From the IMG/VR virus record IMGVR_UViG_3300023184_000046, positions 56,030-120,029 of that record: a DNA stretch of 64,000 bases. The stretch is one strand, 5' to 3'. The notes under the pieces are model-generated. The model did not search any database. It was not told the DNA's origin and saw only the letters and a list, made by a program, of their open reading frames with translations. The DNA comes from a virus. Below, piece after piece: positions 1-9,301 of the stretch; the stretch's first letter is position 1, and the number at the start of each line of letters is the position of its first letter. Made by a program: the position numbers and the translations under genes.

Positions 1-1
1 T

Positions 2-511
2 AAAGAAATTGATATAAAAAGATATTTCATTTTTACAGTTTTAAGAAATCCTTGGGATAGAATGGTTTCTTATTATTTTTTTTACAGAGACATTGTTAAA
101 AGAAATGAAAAAATAGCAAATAAAGCTAAGAAATTTGATTTCAAAGATTGGGTTTCTTACATTTATGATAATCCGAAAATTTTTAATTTTATTCACGATA
201 ATTGTTTAGACTATTTAACATGCGAAGATAAAGTAATTGTTGATTATATTATAAACTTCCATAATTTCTCAGAAGACATTGATGATTTGAAAAATATTTT
301 ACATTTAAAATTGCCTACATTGCATGTTAATTCTTCTAAACATGATTTTTACAAAGACTATTATTCAGAAAAAGAAATTGAAATAATATCAAAAATTTAT
401 AAAAGAGACATTGATTATTTTAATTTTGATTTTGAAAAAACAACTCAAATGAGTAAAATAATAAATGAAGAAAAAATTAATATTATTAGAAATAAAAAAA
501 TTAGTTTATAA
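2..511 (+). CDS. Sulfotransferase family 2 protein, 5'-truncated by window edge
   Basis: Frame is open from base 2 (KEIDIKRYFIFTVLRNPWDRMVSYY), which is the 3'-PAPS-binding RNPxxRxxS motif. C-terminal HVNSS..Y..YY...IYKRDIDYFNF is shared with the paralog at 5082. Confidence 0.8.
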   Translation, partial: KEIDIKRYFIFTVLRNPWDRMVSYYFFYRDIVKRNEKIANKAKKFDFKDWVSYIYDNPKIFNFIHDNCLDYLTCEDKVIVDYIINFHNFSEDIDDLKNILHLKLPTLHVNSSKHDFYKDYYSEKEIEIISKIYKRDIDYFNFDFEKTTQMSKIINEEKINIIRNKKISL

Positions 512-520
512 AGGTAAAAT

Positions 521-721
521 ATGATAATTATTCCAACTGAAATCAAATTAAGTGTAAAATTTTTAACTATTGATGCCAATACTGAGTCAGTAGTCGAAAC
601 TAATGATTTTTCATTAGATTTTCAAAAAATTGATAAAACCCTTTTCATAGAAGCTTATGAAGCATTAGAAAAAATTAAGCAAGAATTGATTGAAAAAAGC
701 AAAAAACTAAATCAATCTTAA
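521..721 (+). CDS. Hypothetical protein
   Basis: 66-aa ORF in tandem context with AAGGT upstream. Confidence 0.6.
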   Translation: MIIIPTEIKLSVKFLTIDANTESVVETNDFSLDFQKIDKTLFIEAYEALEKIKQELIEKSKKLNQS

Positions 722-732
722 TACATATTTTT

Positions 733-1320
733 ATGAACTTTGCTTTATGGTTAGAAAAAAAAGATATAGAACTATATGAATCTATTTTAAATGAAATGGA
801 TCGCAGAGAATTTTTAAAAGCTGCTGGTCTTGGATTAGCTGGATTAACTGGTTCTAATGCAGAAGCTGCTCCTGAAGAAGAACCCAGTAGAAAAAAAGAA
901 ATAACTATAAAGCCAATGACAGCTTCTTTGCAAAATGATTCTCCAAATGGCATGTTTTCTATAACAATAGAAAATGCCAAAGGTAAAAAAACTCATGATA
1001 TTCAATTTTTAATAAAAAAACAAATTGAGAAATTTTTAAACAACAGACAATTGAAGCTAAAAGATCCTTATGTAAATATAGATGTCTATTCTTATTTGAC
1101 AAATAAAACAAAAGATGATGTTCATGAAAAATTTATTACCACGAAAGATTTATTTATTTCTTATCCTCATGGTTCTTCATCAAATAAACTAGAAGCTTTT
1201 TTAATGAATAATAAGGATGCATATGATAATGATTCTTTAACATTTGTATTTAAATATACAGAGAAAAGACCTAAAGGTAATGGACAAGGCAATCCTTTGC
1301 AAAATCCTTTAAGAAAATAA
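733..1320 (+). CDS. Hypothetical protein with capsid-targeting-like leader followed by a Tat (twin-arginine) signal
   Basis: MNFALWLE...LNE then MDRREFLKAAGLGLAGLTGSNAEA (RRxFLK, h-region, AxA). Confidence 0.7.
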   Translation: MNFALWLEKKDIELYESILNEMDRREFLKAAGLGLAGLTGSNAEAAPEEEPSRKKEITIKPMTASLQNDSPNGMFSITIENAKGKKTHDIQFLIKKQIEKFLNNRQLKLKDPYVNIDVYSYLTNKTKDDVHEKFITTKDLFISYPHGSSSNKLEAFLMNNKDAYDNDSLTFVFKYTEKRPKGNGQGNPLQNPLRK

Positions 1321-1515
1321 TTAATTACCTTCAGTTTTTTCTTCTAACCATTCTTTAAAAGATTTAAATTTCTTCTTTTTTTTCTTGTGCTTAACAACTT
1401 TATCAGGCAATTTTGAATAATCAGTTTTCCTTGACCATTCCCCACAATCTACTTTTCCTCCAAATCCGTTACTTGCAAAACAAGCCTTCATTTGTGCTTT
1501 ACTAGAAAATGGCAT
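1321..1515 (-). CDS. Small basic phage protein (MPFSSKAQ...)
   Basis: AGGAG RBS before ATG at 1515. Ends in FKSFKEWLEE, like the capsid-targeting motif. Confidence 0.6.
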   Translation of the reverse strand: MPFSSKAQMKACFASNGFGGKVDCGEWSRKTDYSKLPDKVVKHKKKKKKFKSFKEWLEEKTEGN

Positions 1516-1569
1516 AATTACTCCTAATTTTAAAATTAATAATGATATATATTTGAAAAGGAGATAAAA

Positions 1570-1878
1570 ATGAAAGATAAATACTTGCTTTACTTGTCTG
1601 GAGTTATAAATGAAGAAACTTTTATTAAACAATCAAAAAATATAAAAGAATCCGAAAACAAAGAACTTAACAATTATATGTTTTTTCAAAACTTAAATGT
1701 TATTAAAAAGTGTATAGAAGATGTGTTAAATATGAATCAGGAAGATGTAGATAATTTATTGGAAGATGGTCATGATTGGGCTAACGATCATATTTCTGGA
1801 GCAAAGAATTCTATTGAACAAGTATGTGATTGGCTTAGAAATTCAACTAATAAAGATAAAAATATGGAGAATATGTAA
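1570..1878 (+). CDS. Hypothetical phage protein
   Basis: AGGAG RBS. NNYMFF...GHDWANDH motifs. Stop/start overlap with the next gene. Confidence 0.7.
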   Translation: MKDKYLLYLSGVINEETFIKQSKNIKESENKELNNYMFFQNLNVIKKCIEDVLNMNQEDVDNLLEDGHDWANDHISGAKNSIEQVCDWLRNSTNKDKNMENM

Positions 1879-2654
1879 TGGGAGGCAGTGAATCTATTGT
1901 AACTTGTGCAGATAGGAATAATCCAAATTTTCAAGTTTGGGGTGCAATGTCCGATCTTGGATGTAATAAAAAAAAGAAATATAAATTTAAATCATTCAAA
2001 GAATGGATTTCGACAAATAAAATACATCTTGAAGCTATAACTCTAGGAACTGAAGAAGTTGATGAAAGTCAAATAGATTCTGCTTATCAAAATGCAAAAT
2101 ACGCAGTTCAATTAGTAAAATTATATGATTTGACATTTCCTAAAGGCCAGAAGTTACTTGCAAACATAAGTACCATAGCGACTTTAAACCAAGGAGTTTA
2201 TGGTCTTTATAATTCTAAGGAAAATAAAGAAGTTATATTAAACCAACTTGCTATAAAACCAGAACAGCTTAATAAAATTAAAATGACTTTTGGTCAAGAT
2301 GCAATTGGAAAAGAAAATATTGATGGATTGCCTAGAGATGTAGTAAAAGGTGTATCTCTTAATGTTATTAAGAAATACATTCCCGAAATTAATGTTTCAA
2401 ATTTTTCGCCATCTAGTGTCATACATGTAAATGTTCAAAAACATTTGCAAAATCATAAAGATCCAATATCAGCAGTAATAGAATTAGCAAGCACCATCGT
2501 ACACGAAGCAACTCACGAATTAGATTTCACAAATACTAATGCAACATCAGAATCAAGTGCTGTAGCAGCAGAAGGTAAATTCAAAAATTGGGTTAAAAAT
2601 AACTGGAATATGATAACTCAAAAAATAAAATTTTTTTCAGAAAAGGTAAAGTAA
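1878..2654 (+). CDS. Putative zinc metallopeptidase-like protein
   Basis: TIVHEATHE (HExxH) with downstream E. Internal FKSFKEWI motif. Confidence 0.55.
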   Translation: MGGSESIVTCADRNNPNFQVWGAMSDLGCNKKKKYKFKSFKEWISTNKIHLEAITLGTEEVDESQIDSAYQNAKYAVQLVKLYDLTFPKGQKLLANISTIATLNQGVYGLYNSKENKEVILNQLAIKPEQLNKIKMTFGQDAIGKENIDGLPRDVVKGVSLNVIKKYIPEINVSNFSPSSVIHVNVQKHLQNHKDPISAVIELASTIVHEATHELDFTNTNATSESSAVAAEGKFKNWVKNNWNMITQKIKFFSEKVK

Positions 2655-2657
2655 AAT

Positions 2658-4487
2658 ATGAAAAAATATAAAAAAATCTTTATTCTTGGTTCAACAGAGC
2701 CTCCAATTACTACAACACCAGAACCAACGACCACAACACCAGAACCTACGACCACAACACCAGAACCTACTACCACAACAACGGTTGCACCTACTACTAC
2801 AGAAGCACCTACAACAACAACGACTACTACAGAAGCACCTACAACAACAACGACTACAGAAGCACCTACAACAACGACTACTACAGAAGCACCTACAACA
2901 ACGACTACTACAGAAGCACCTACAACAACGACTACTACAGAAGCACCTACAACAACAACGACTACAGAAGCACCTACAACGACTACTACAGAAGCACCTA
3001 CAACAACAACAACAACGACTACTACAGAAGCACCTACAACAACAACGACTACTACAGAAGCACCTACAACAACAACGACTACTACAGAAGCACCTACAAC
3101 AACAACGACTACAGAAGCACCTACAACAACGACTACTACAGAAGCACCTACAACAACGACTACTACAGAAGCACCTACAACAACAACGACTACTACAGAA
3201 GCACCTACAACAACGACTACTACAGAAGCACCTACAACAACGACTACTACAGAAGCACCTACAACAACAACGACTACTACAGAAGCACCTACAACAACAA
3301 CGACTACAGAAGCACCTACAACGACTACTACAGAAGCACCTACAACAACAACGACTACTACAGAAGCACCTACAACAACAACGACTACTACAGAAGCACC
3401 TACAACAACAACGACTACTACAGAAGCACCTACAACAACAACGACTACTACAGAAGCACCTACAACAACGGTTGCACCTACGACAACGGTTGCACCTACG
3501 ACAACGGTTGCACCTACGACAACGGTTGCACCTACGACAACGGTTGCACCTACGACAACGGTTGCACCTACTACGACTACATCAACTACTACCACACCAG
3601 AAGTTTGTCCTGCACTTTTTAATAGATTGGCTAATCTTAAAATTAGAAAAAGAAAAATTAAAGAATCTTTAAAAAACAATAAAGAAATTTATTCTAAAAA
3701 TGATAAAAATTATAATTATAAATCTTTAAGGAATATGATTGAAGAAATTAAAGATAAAATTAAAAAAATCAAAAAACAAATTATAGACAATTGTCCAGGT
3801 CCAAAATGTGATGCTGCTAAAAAAGCTGTAAGTGACAAAAAAGAAGAAAATAAAAAAAATGAAGCAGATTTGAAAAGTACACAAGAAGGAATTTTAAAAT
3901 TAGAAAAATTGGTCAAGGCAAACTTTACTAAAAAAGGAGATGCAGTAGATGAAACAGTTTGTGTAAATAAATGTGAAAGCAGCAAAACAGCTTGTTTGAA
4001 TAATTGTGGTAAAAACCAAAAATGTAAAGTCAACTGTGAAAATAATAGAAAAACTTGTGTTACTAATTGTATAGAAACAAATGTACTTGCAAATTTTAAA
4101 GTAATCGACAACGCTGTTTTAAAAATTGATCCAATTAATAAAAATATTGCAAAATTAAATTTTGACCTTGATGTTTTAAATGATCTGCAAGAAGAAAATC
4201 CAACAAATTCTAGGAAAAAAGAAATTGAAAATGTTAAGATAGAAATTGAAAATAAAAATAAAGAATATACACAAAAATTGGATGAACTTGGTAACTTGTG
4301 TAAAAAAGGTATAAAAAAACATGGAAAAGAATATTCTCCTTTTAAAACTCCAGCTATAAGTTTTAATAATATTAAAGATATATTAGCAAAGAAAAGGCTA
4401 GCAGAAAAATTACAACTTTATGTAGATAAAGGACGAAAAGAACTAAAGGATTTAGAAGCAAAAAAGAAAGAGATTTGTGGCAATTGA
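2658..4487 (+). CDS. Mucin-like Thr/Pro-rich repeat protein with Cys-rich and coiled-coil C-terminus
   Basis: About 300 aa of T(n)EAP/TTTVAP repeats, then a Cx3Cx6Cx3C-type Cys cluster and Lys/Glu-rich helices. Confidence 0.8.
   Translation: MKKYKKIFILGSTEPPITTTPEPTTTTPEPTTTTPEPTTTTTVAPTTTEAPTTTTTTTEAPTTTTTTEAPTTTTTTEAPTTTTTTEAPTTTTTTEAPTTTTTTEAPTTTTTEAPTTTTTTTTTEAPTTTTTTTEAPTTTTTTTEAPTTTTTTEAPTTTTTTEAPTTTTTTEAPTTTTTTTEAPTTTTTTEAPTTTTTTEAPTTTTTTTEAPTTTTTTEAPTTTTTEAPTTTTTTTEAPTTTTTTTEAPTTTTTTTEAPTTTTTTTEAPTTTVAPTTTVAPTTTVAPTTTVAPTTTVAPTTTVAPTTTTSTTTTPEVCPALFNRLANLKIRKRKIKESLKNNKEIYSKNDKNYNYKSLRNMIEEIKDKIKKIKKQIIDNCPGPKCDAAKKAVSDKKEENKKNEADLKSTQEGILKLEKLVKANFTKKGDAVDETVCVNKCESSKTACLNNCGKNQKCKVNCENNRKTCVTNCIETNVLANFKVIDNAVLKIDPINKNIAKLNFDLDVLNDLQEENPTNSRKKEIENVKIEIENKNKEYTQKLDELGNLCKKGIKKHGKEYSPFKTPAISFNNIKDILAKKRLAEKLQLYVDKGRKELKDLEAKKKEICGN
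2706..3600 (+). repeat. Coding tandem repeat (ACAGAAGCACCT + variable ACA/ACG/ACT runs; 18-bp ACGACAACGGTTGCACCT units)
   Basis: Directly visible, with unit lengths in multiples of 3. Confidence 0.95.
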
Positions 4488-4529
4488 TTTATTTATGAAT
4501 TTATGTTATAATTAAAAAAAGGAAGAAAT

Positions 4530-4865
4530 ATGGATCTTGATGATTTACAAAAAGTTAAAATTATTGTTGATTTGGGTAATGGAATTAAATGGACTTATGA
4601 AAATATAAATGCTATTATTGCTGAAGATAAGTTAGTAAGTTTAGAAAATCCAAATTCAACAATTCATGTTTTAAATATAGAAGCTTCATTGGTTACTGTT
4701 ACAAAAAGTGAAGGCGATGAAGAAAAAAATAAAAAATGCATCGAGAAAATTAAAAATTTAATTCAAGAATTAAATCCAATTTATACTGATGTTTCATCAG
4801 AAGTCAGCTGCACAAAAGATTGCGTTAATTGTGAAAATGGCTGTAACGGAAATTGTTGTTGTTAA
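4530..4865 (+). CDS. Hypothetical protein with Cys-rich C-terminus
   Basis: AAGGA RBS. Ends CTKDCVNCENGCNGNCCC. Confidence 0.65.
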   Translation: MDLDDLQKVKIIVDLGNGIKWTYENINAIIAEDKLVSLENPNSTIHVLNIEASLVTVTKSEGDEEKNKKCIEKIKNLIQELNPIYTDVSSEVSCTKDCVNCENGCNGNCCC

Positions 4866-4894
4866 TTTATTAAACTACAATCATATATAAATAC

Positions 4895-5089
4895 ATGAAG
4901 ACTTTTATAGAATTTGTAAAAGATTTGTATGGAGAAGAAATAGTTGGAATATATCCACCTTTATATAACGGAGTTGGACAATATCCTCCTCTTGCTAATC
5001 AAACTGGCTCAGATATGATTTATGTTAAAGCAAGTAGAGATAGCTTAAAAAAGAAAAAGAAAAAGAAAAAGAAAAAGAAAATTAATTAA
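4895..5089 (+). CDS. Small capsid-targeting-motif protein with poly-Lys tail
   Basis: MKTFIEFV start. TATAAATA at 4886-4893. Confidence 0.6.
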   Translation: MKTFIEFVKDLYGEEIVGIYPPLYNGVGQYPPLANQTGSDMIYVKASRDSLKKKKKKKKKKKIN

Positions 5090-5726
5090 ACATTTTCTTA
5101 GTTATAAATTTTTTAAATATATCATATTTTTCTTTATTTATAACTCTATCAAAATCAGAATAATATTTATCATCAAAATTAAACTTGAAGTAATCAATGT
5201 CTTTCTTGAATATTTCAGAAACCATTTTTATATTATCATCATTTTTATAATAATTTTTATAATACTCATGATTGCTTTTGTTAACATGAAGCAAATTATC
5301 TTTTCTATTTATTATATTTCTTATAAATTCAAAATCTTTCTTTATAGTATGAAGATTACAAATATAATCAACAATTATATTATTGTCTTCAGAAATCCAA
5401 TCAAGTACTGTTCTAATATGAGAATTACTATTTAAGAAAGCATTATATTCATTTTTCAAATAAGTGTCAAAACATGGATTTTCATGAATGAACAATTCTT
5501 TGGTTTGAAATGAATTACCTGACTTAATCTGATAAAAATAAGACGAAACAATTCTTGTCCAAGGGTTCCTCGTGCAAGCAAAAACTAAATATTTTTCATA
5601 TATTCTAGGAAATGATTTTTTGTAATAAGAAGCAGCACGATGCTCTTGATTACTTTTGAAATATTTAGTAATAGAAGACCCACCAGTTTTTGGAATATGT
5701 ATAAATATAAAAGGATTTGTTATCAT
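5082..5726 (-). CDS. Sulfotransferase family 2 protein
   Basis: FIHIPKTGGSSI (5'-PSB loop) and RNPWTRIVSSYFY (3'-PB) motifs. Confidence 0.85.
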   Translation of the reverse strand: MITNPFIFIHIPKTGGSSITKYFKSNQEHRAASYYKKSFPRIYEKYLVFACTRNPWTRIVSSYFYQIKSGNSFQTKELFIHENPCFDTYLKNEYNAFLNSNSHIRTVLDWISEDNNIIVDYICNLHTIKKDFEFIRNIINRKDNLLHVNKSNHEYYKNYYKNDDNIKMVSEIFKKDIDYFKFNFDDKYYSDFDRVINKEKYDIFKKFITKKMFN

Positions 5727-5785
5727 ATTTTATTTATACTTTTAAAATAAAAATTAATATTTTAAAATTAACTAGTAAATAAATT

Positions 5786-6238
5786 ATGAAGTTTAAATTT
5801 TGGATAATGACAGAAGAATTAATTTCATCTTTACCAAGAGATGATTATGGATCTCCAATTGCATGGGAAGAAGATAACTACAGAATAACACTTTATAATA
5901 CTAGCAATTACTTTAATGCTTATTTGATGCACAATGAAAACAATTGGAAACAAATTGGTTCATTGAAAACAAAAATATCTACAAAAAAAATAAATGGCAC
6001 TAAAATTAAATACGCTGAAGTTTCTACTATCTCTCTTCATAAAGAACACCAAAATAAAGGCTTTGGAACTCAGCTTTATAAAATATTATTAAAATATTTG
6101 CCAGATGATATTGTTGGTATTGGATCAAATTTACAATACAGACTAAATAAAAAAGAAATACCTAAAATATATCAAAAATTAGGATATGAATCTTATAATG
6201 ATGGTGATTTTCAATTAATAAAAAAAAATACAATTTAA
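5786..6238 (+). CDS. GNAT-family acetyltransferase with capsid-targeting-like N-terminus
   Basis: HQNKGFGTQLY acetyl-CoA motif A and IYQKLGY motif B. MKFKFWIMTEE start. Confidence 0.65.
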   Translation: MKFKFWIMTEELISSLPRDDYGSPIAWEEDNYRITLYNTSNYFNAYLMHNENNWKQIGSLKTKISTKKINGTKIKYAEVSTISLHKEHQNKGFGTQLYKILLKYLPDDIVGIGSNLQYRLNKKEIPKIYQKLGYESYNDGDFQLIKKNTI

Positions 6239-6261
6239 AATTTTATTTTATGTAGGTATAA

Positions 6262-6915
6262 ATGAAAATTCTTAAATTTAGCCATATTACAAAAACTGCT
6301 GGATCTACAATAGTGTGGATTGCACATTTAGATAATGTAAAATGGGGCTGGGGCGATGAACAATTCTGGAAGAATCTTATAGTTTCTTCAAGATATAAGT
6401 ATAAAGGTTGCATTTGGCATTTTCCAATAAGTTTTTGTGAAAACAAGTTATTAAATGAAACACTTTTAAAGTATAATTTTTTTACAGTAGTTAGAAACCC
6501 ATATGAGCGATGTATCAGTGAATATTATTGCAAATGGGGAGGGCCAGAAATTAAATCTAAAGAAAAAAAAGATTTCAACTCTTATATTCAAAAAAATCTA
6601 ATAGATATTAAAAATTTTAAATTTACATCTGGTCATTTTATTCCGCAATTTTTTTATGCATATGACGAAAATAATAAAAGAATTATTGAAGATGTATTGA
6701 AATATGAAAATATAGAAACTGAATTTAATAATTTGATGAATAAATATAATTATAAATTTAAATTTTTTTACGATAAAAATAAAAATTTAATTAAAAAATT
6801 CAAACAATGTGATTTTTCAAAAGAAACTATAAAGTTAATACAAGAAGTTTATTATAAAGATTTTATTTTTTTTAACTATGATTTAGAACCTGTAATAAAT
6901 ACATGTGATTTTTAA
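6262..6915 (+). CDS. Sulfotransferase family 2 protein
   Basis: HITKTAGSTI, VRNPYERCISEYY, HFIPQ and YYKDFIFFNY motifs. Confidence 0.85.
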   Translation: MKILKFSHITKTAGSTIVWIAHLDNVKWGWGDEQFWKNLIVSSRYKYKGCIWHFPISFCENKLLNETLLKYNFFTVVRNPYERCISEYYCKWGGPEIKSKEKKDFNSYIQKNLIDIKNFKFTSGHFIPQFFYAYDENNKRIIEDVLKYENIETEFNNLMNKYNYKFKFFYDKNKNLIKKFKQCDFSKETIKLIQEVYYKDFIFFNYDLEPVINTCDF

Positions 6916-6940
6916 TTAATAAAATATAAACTTTGAATTT

Positions 6941-7180
6941 TTATTTATCAAGCATTTTTCTTACTCTCATTAATGATTGTAGATCATTAAACTCATTTTC
7001 TGTTAATGGATCTAAACTTGGGCCTGTTGAAATCTTATCTATCATTTTTTCTATAGTTTTAACTATTTCTACTTTTATACTATATGCTTTGCTACTGTAA
7101 AAACCTGATAAATATGACATTACTGAAAAAAATAAAACTATGAAGAAAATCATTAAAATATCATTGTCATCTTTTTCCAT
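6941..7180 (-). CDS. Small membrane protein
   Basis: N-terminal hydrophobic helix ILMIFFIVLFFSVMSYL. AAGGA RBS. Confidence 0.6.
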   Translation of the reverse strand: MEKDDNDILMIFFIVLFFSVMSYLSGFYSSKAYSIKVEIVKTIEKMIDKISTGPSLDPLTENEFNDLQSLMRVRKMLDK

Positions 7181-7196
7181 TGTAATATTCCTTTGG

Positions 7197-7781
7197 TTAA
7201 ATTTTTTGTTTCTCCCTTATTAATATAAACTTGTATTTTTCTATATTCTTCATTGAATCTTCACACCATTCTTTATGTATTACTAATTTTTTATTTATTA
7301 AATAATTTAATTGATCTTTGTAAATTCTTACTGCAATATCATTAGGAGAAAATCCAGAATATATTTTGTGAGGTAGATTTTCTAGCATCCATTCCAATGA
7401 TGCTTTGCCAAATATAAAATATTCCTTGCATTTAGTTAACGCTACTTTTGCATTTTGTTCACATGCCTTCTTTATTGAAAAAACTTTGAATGAATAAAAA
7501 CTATCTAAGAATTCTGGAGCAGTTTTTATTTCTATTAATTCCTCTTCATCGCCTATTATGTATTTCTTGTCAACATTATGATTATTTAGATTGTTTTCTA
7601 TTAAATTACCTGAATTATCAATTCCGTTTTCACTTAATATTACTTTGACTTTCATCCTACTCTCAAATTCAATTCTTAAACATTCACCATATATTGATTC
7701 TCTCTGAGTATAATCATAAATATTACTCGCAAATACCTCTTCTGATCTATTGTCTTTTCTAAAATACAATGAATTATTCAT
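7197..7781 (-). CDS. Hypothetical protein, possible PD-(D/E)XK nuclease fold
   Basis: NVD...LIEIKT pattern. Confidence 0.45.
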   Translation of the reverse strand: MNNSLYFRKDNRSEEVFASNIYDYTQRESIYGECLRIEFESRMKVKVILSENGIDNSGNLIENNLNNHNVDKKYIIGDEEELIEIKTAPEFLDSFYSFKVFSIKKACEQNAKVALTKCKEYFIFGKASLEWMLENLPHKIYSGFSPNDIAVRIYKDQLNYLINKKLVIHKEWCEDSMKNIEKYKFILIREKQKI

Positions 7782-7846
7782 TATAATATTCTAATATTTA
7801 AGTGCTTAAATAGCAATAAAATACAAAGCAAATCATAAATAAATAT

Positions 7847-9301
7847 ATGAACTTTAAAAACTGGCTATTATTATCTGAAGGTTCAATTAAAATTCCTTAC
7901 AAGGTAATTCAACCTATTGTTAATGATTATTTTGATTTTTACAAAAATGTTAACTTGGGTAAATCAAAATTTAGAGATGAAGAACACATATACACACTTG
8001 ATCTTTCAGATACAAACTACAATTTCCCTAATATAATTCCAAAATTAAAAGTAACTTACAAAGGCATTAAGGGTAAAACTACTATAGGAGGCTTTACACC
8101 ATCTAAAACTAAAATTGAATACCCACCGTTACCTTATAATCCTACAAGAGATCCAATTACTGTAATTGGAGATATTATATTAAAAAAAGATTTACCTTCT
8201 AACGAATCTCCTGTTAAATTAATTGAACATGAAGTCATACATTTTATACAAGACCTTATAAATATTCACATGTCACACAATAAAGGAATTTACAAAAATG
8301 ATGGTCAATTAGGTAGTGGCAAAAGACCTGATTTCGGTGGCAGCGGACCAAGAAAATTAACACAAGATTTAATGAATAAATTAAATGTTGATTTTCTTGG
8401 TGATAATAAAAAACATGGAAGAAGAATAGATCACGAAAAAATAGCAACTGAATATCAAACTAACTTAAGTTCTATTATAATTTTATTATATCAACAATTT
8501 ACAAGTACATTTTTAAATGGAAATTTAAACCCAGATTATTATTCTTATCCTTATGACATTATAAAAAATATCAAAACTAAAGAAGATTTTGAAAAAAACA
8601 AAGATGTAATTATTGAATTTTTAAATAATCAAACCGCAAAAAAGAAATTTATTCAAAAAATTAATATTAATAAATTAACAAAAATTAAAGATTTCAATAA
8701 AGAATTGTATAATTGGTACTTAAGTGAAATTTATAAAAACTTTGTAATAAAAGATATTGAAGAATATAAACTAAATCAAATTGTAGATGAATATTTCTTT
8801 GTTAAAAATAAATCATCTAATGAAGATAAATATTTTGCAAATAACATAACTTTAAGAAATTTTATAAAACTATTTAAAAATACAGATTCTAATAGTTATA
8901 CTATAAATCACAGTAATTCTTTGCAAGAAATACCTTATCACAAAACCATTGAAAATGTTAGTTCAAGTTATTTATTTGATTTTGCAAAAAGAATAATTGA
9001 TAAGTTTTATCAAGTTAAAGCAAAAGACATGGATTTGAAAGATTATAGATATGGACCAGAAGTTTCTAAGAAAACTATCAATCGCAATGACTTAAAAATT
9101 ATTTTTAATTTTATTAAAAAGTTAAAAGAAAAATCCAATACTTATGCACCAGAAGGCTTTGTTGGATTAGAAGAACTTTCAAGAGAACTTGTTGTATTCT
9201 TAGCAGAAGATATCGCATGGTCATATGAACAACATTATAGAAATAAAAAAATAGATAAAATTCCACCTACAACATATGATATAATAGAAGACTTTTTATG
9301 A
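7847..9301 (+). CDS. Capsid-targeting-motif protein with HExxH motif
   Basis: MNFKNWLLLSE start. IEHEVIHFIQ. Confidence 0.6.
   Translation: MNFKNWLLLSEGSIKIPYKVIQPIVNDYFDFYKNVNLGKSKFRDEEHIYTLDLSDTNYNFPNIIPKLKVTYKGIKGKTTIGGFTPSKTKIEYPPLPYNPTRDPITVIGDIILKKDLPSNESPVKLIEHEVIHFIQDLINIHMSHNKGIYKNDGQLGSGKRPDFGGSGPRKLTQDLMNKLNVDFLGDNKKHGRRIDHEKIATEYQTNLSSIIILLYQQFTSTFLNGNLNPDYYSYPYDIIKNIKTKEDFEKNKDVIIEFLNNQTAKKKFIQKININKLTKIKDFNKELYNWYLSEIYKNFVIKDIEEYKLNQIVDEYFFVKNKSSNEDKYFANNITLRNFIKLFKNTDSNSYTINHSNSLQEIPYHKTIENVSSSYLFDFAKRIIDKFYQVKAKDMDLKDYRYGPEVSKKTINRNDLKIIFNFIKKLKEKSNTYAPEGFVGLEELSRELVVFLAEDIAWSYEQHYRNKKIDKIPPTTYDIIEDFL

Noticed and set aside
2618-3679. Val-rich - strand ORF and Gln/Leu-rich alternative frame (2686-3672)
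   Set aside because: Shadow frames of the Thr-rich tandem repeat. Only 2658-4487 continues into unique sequence.
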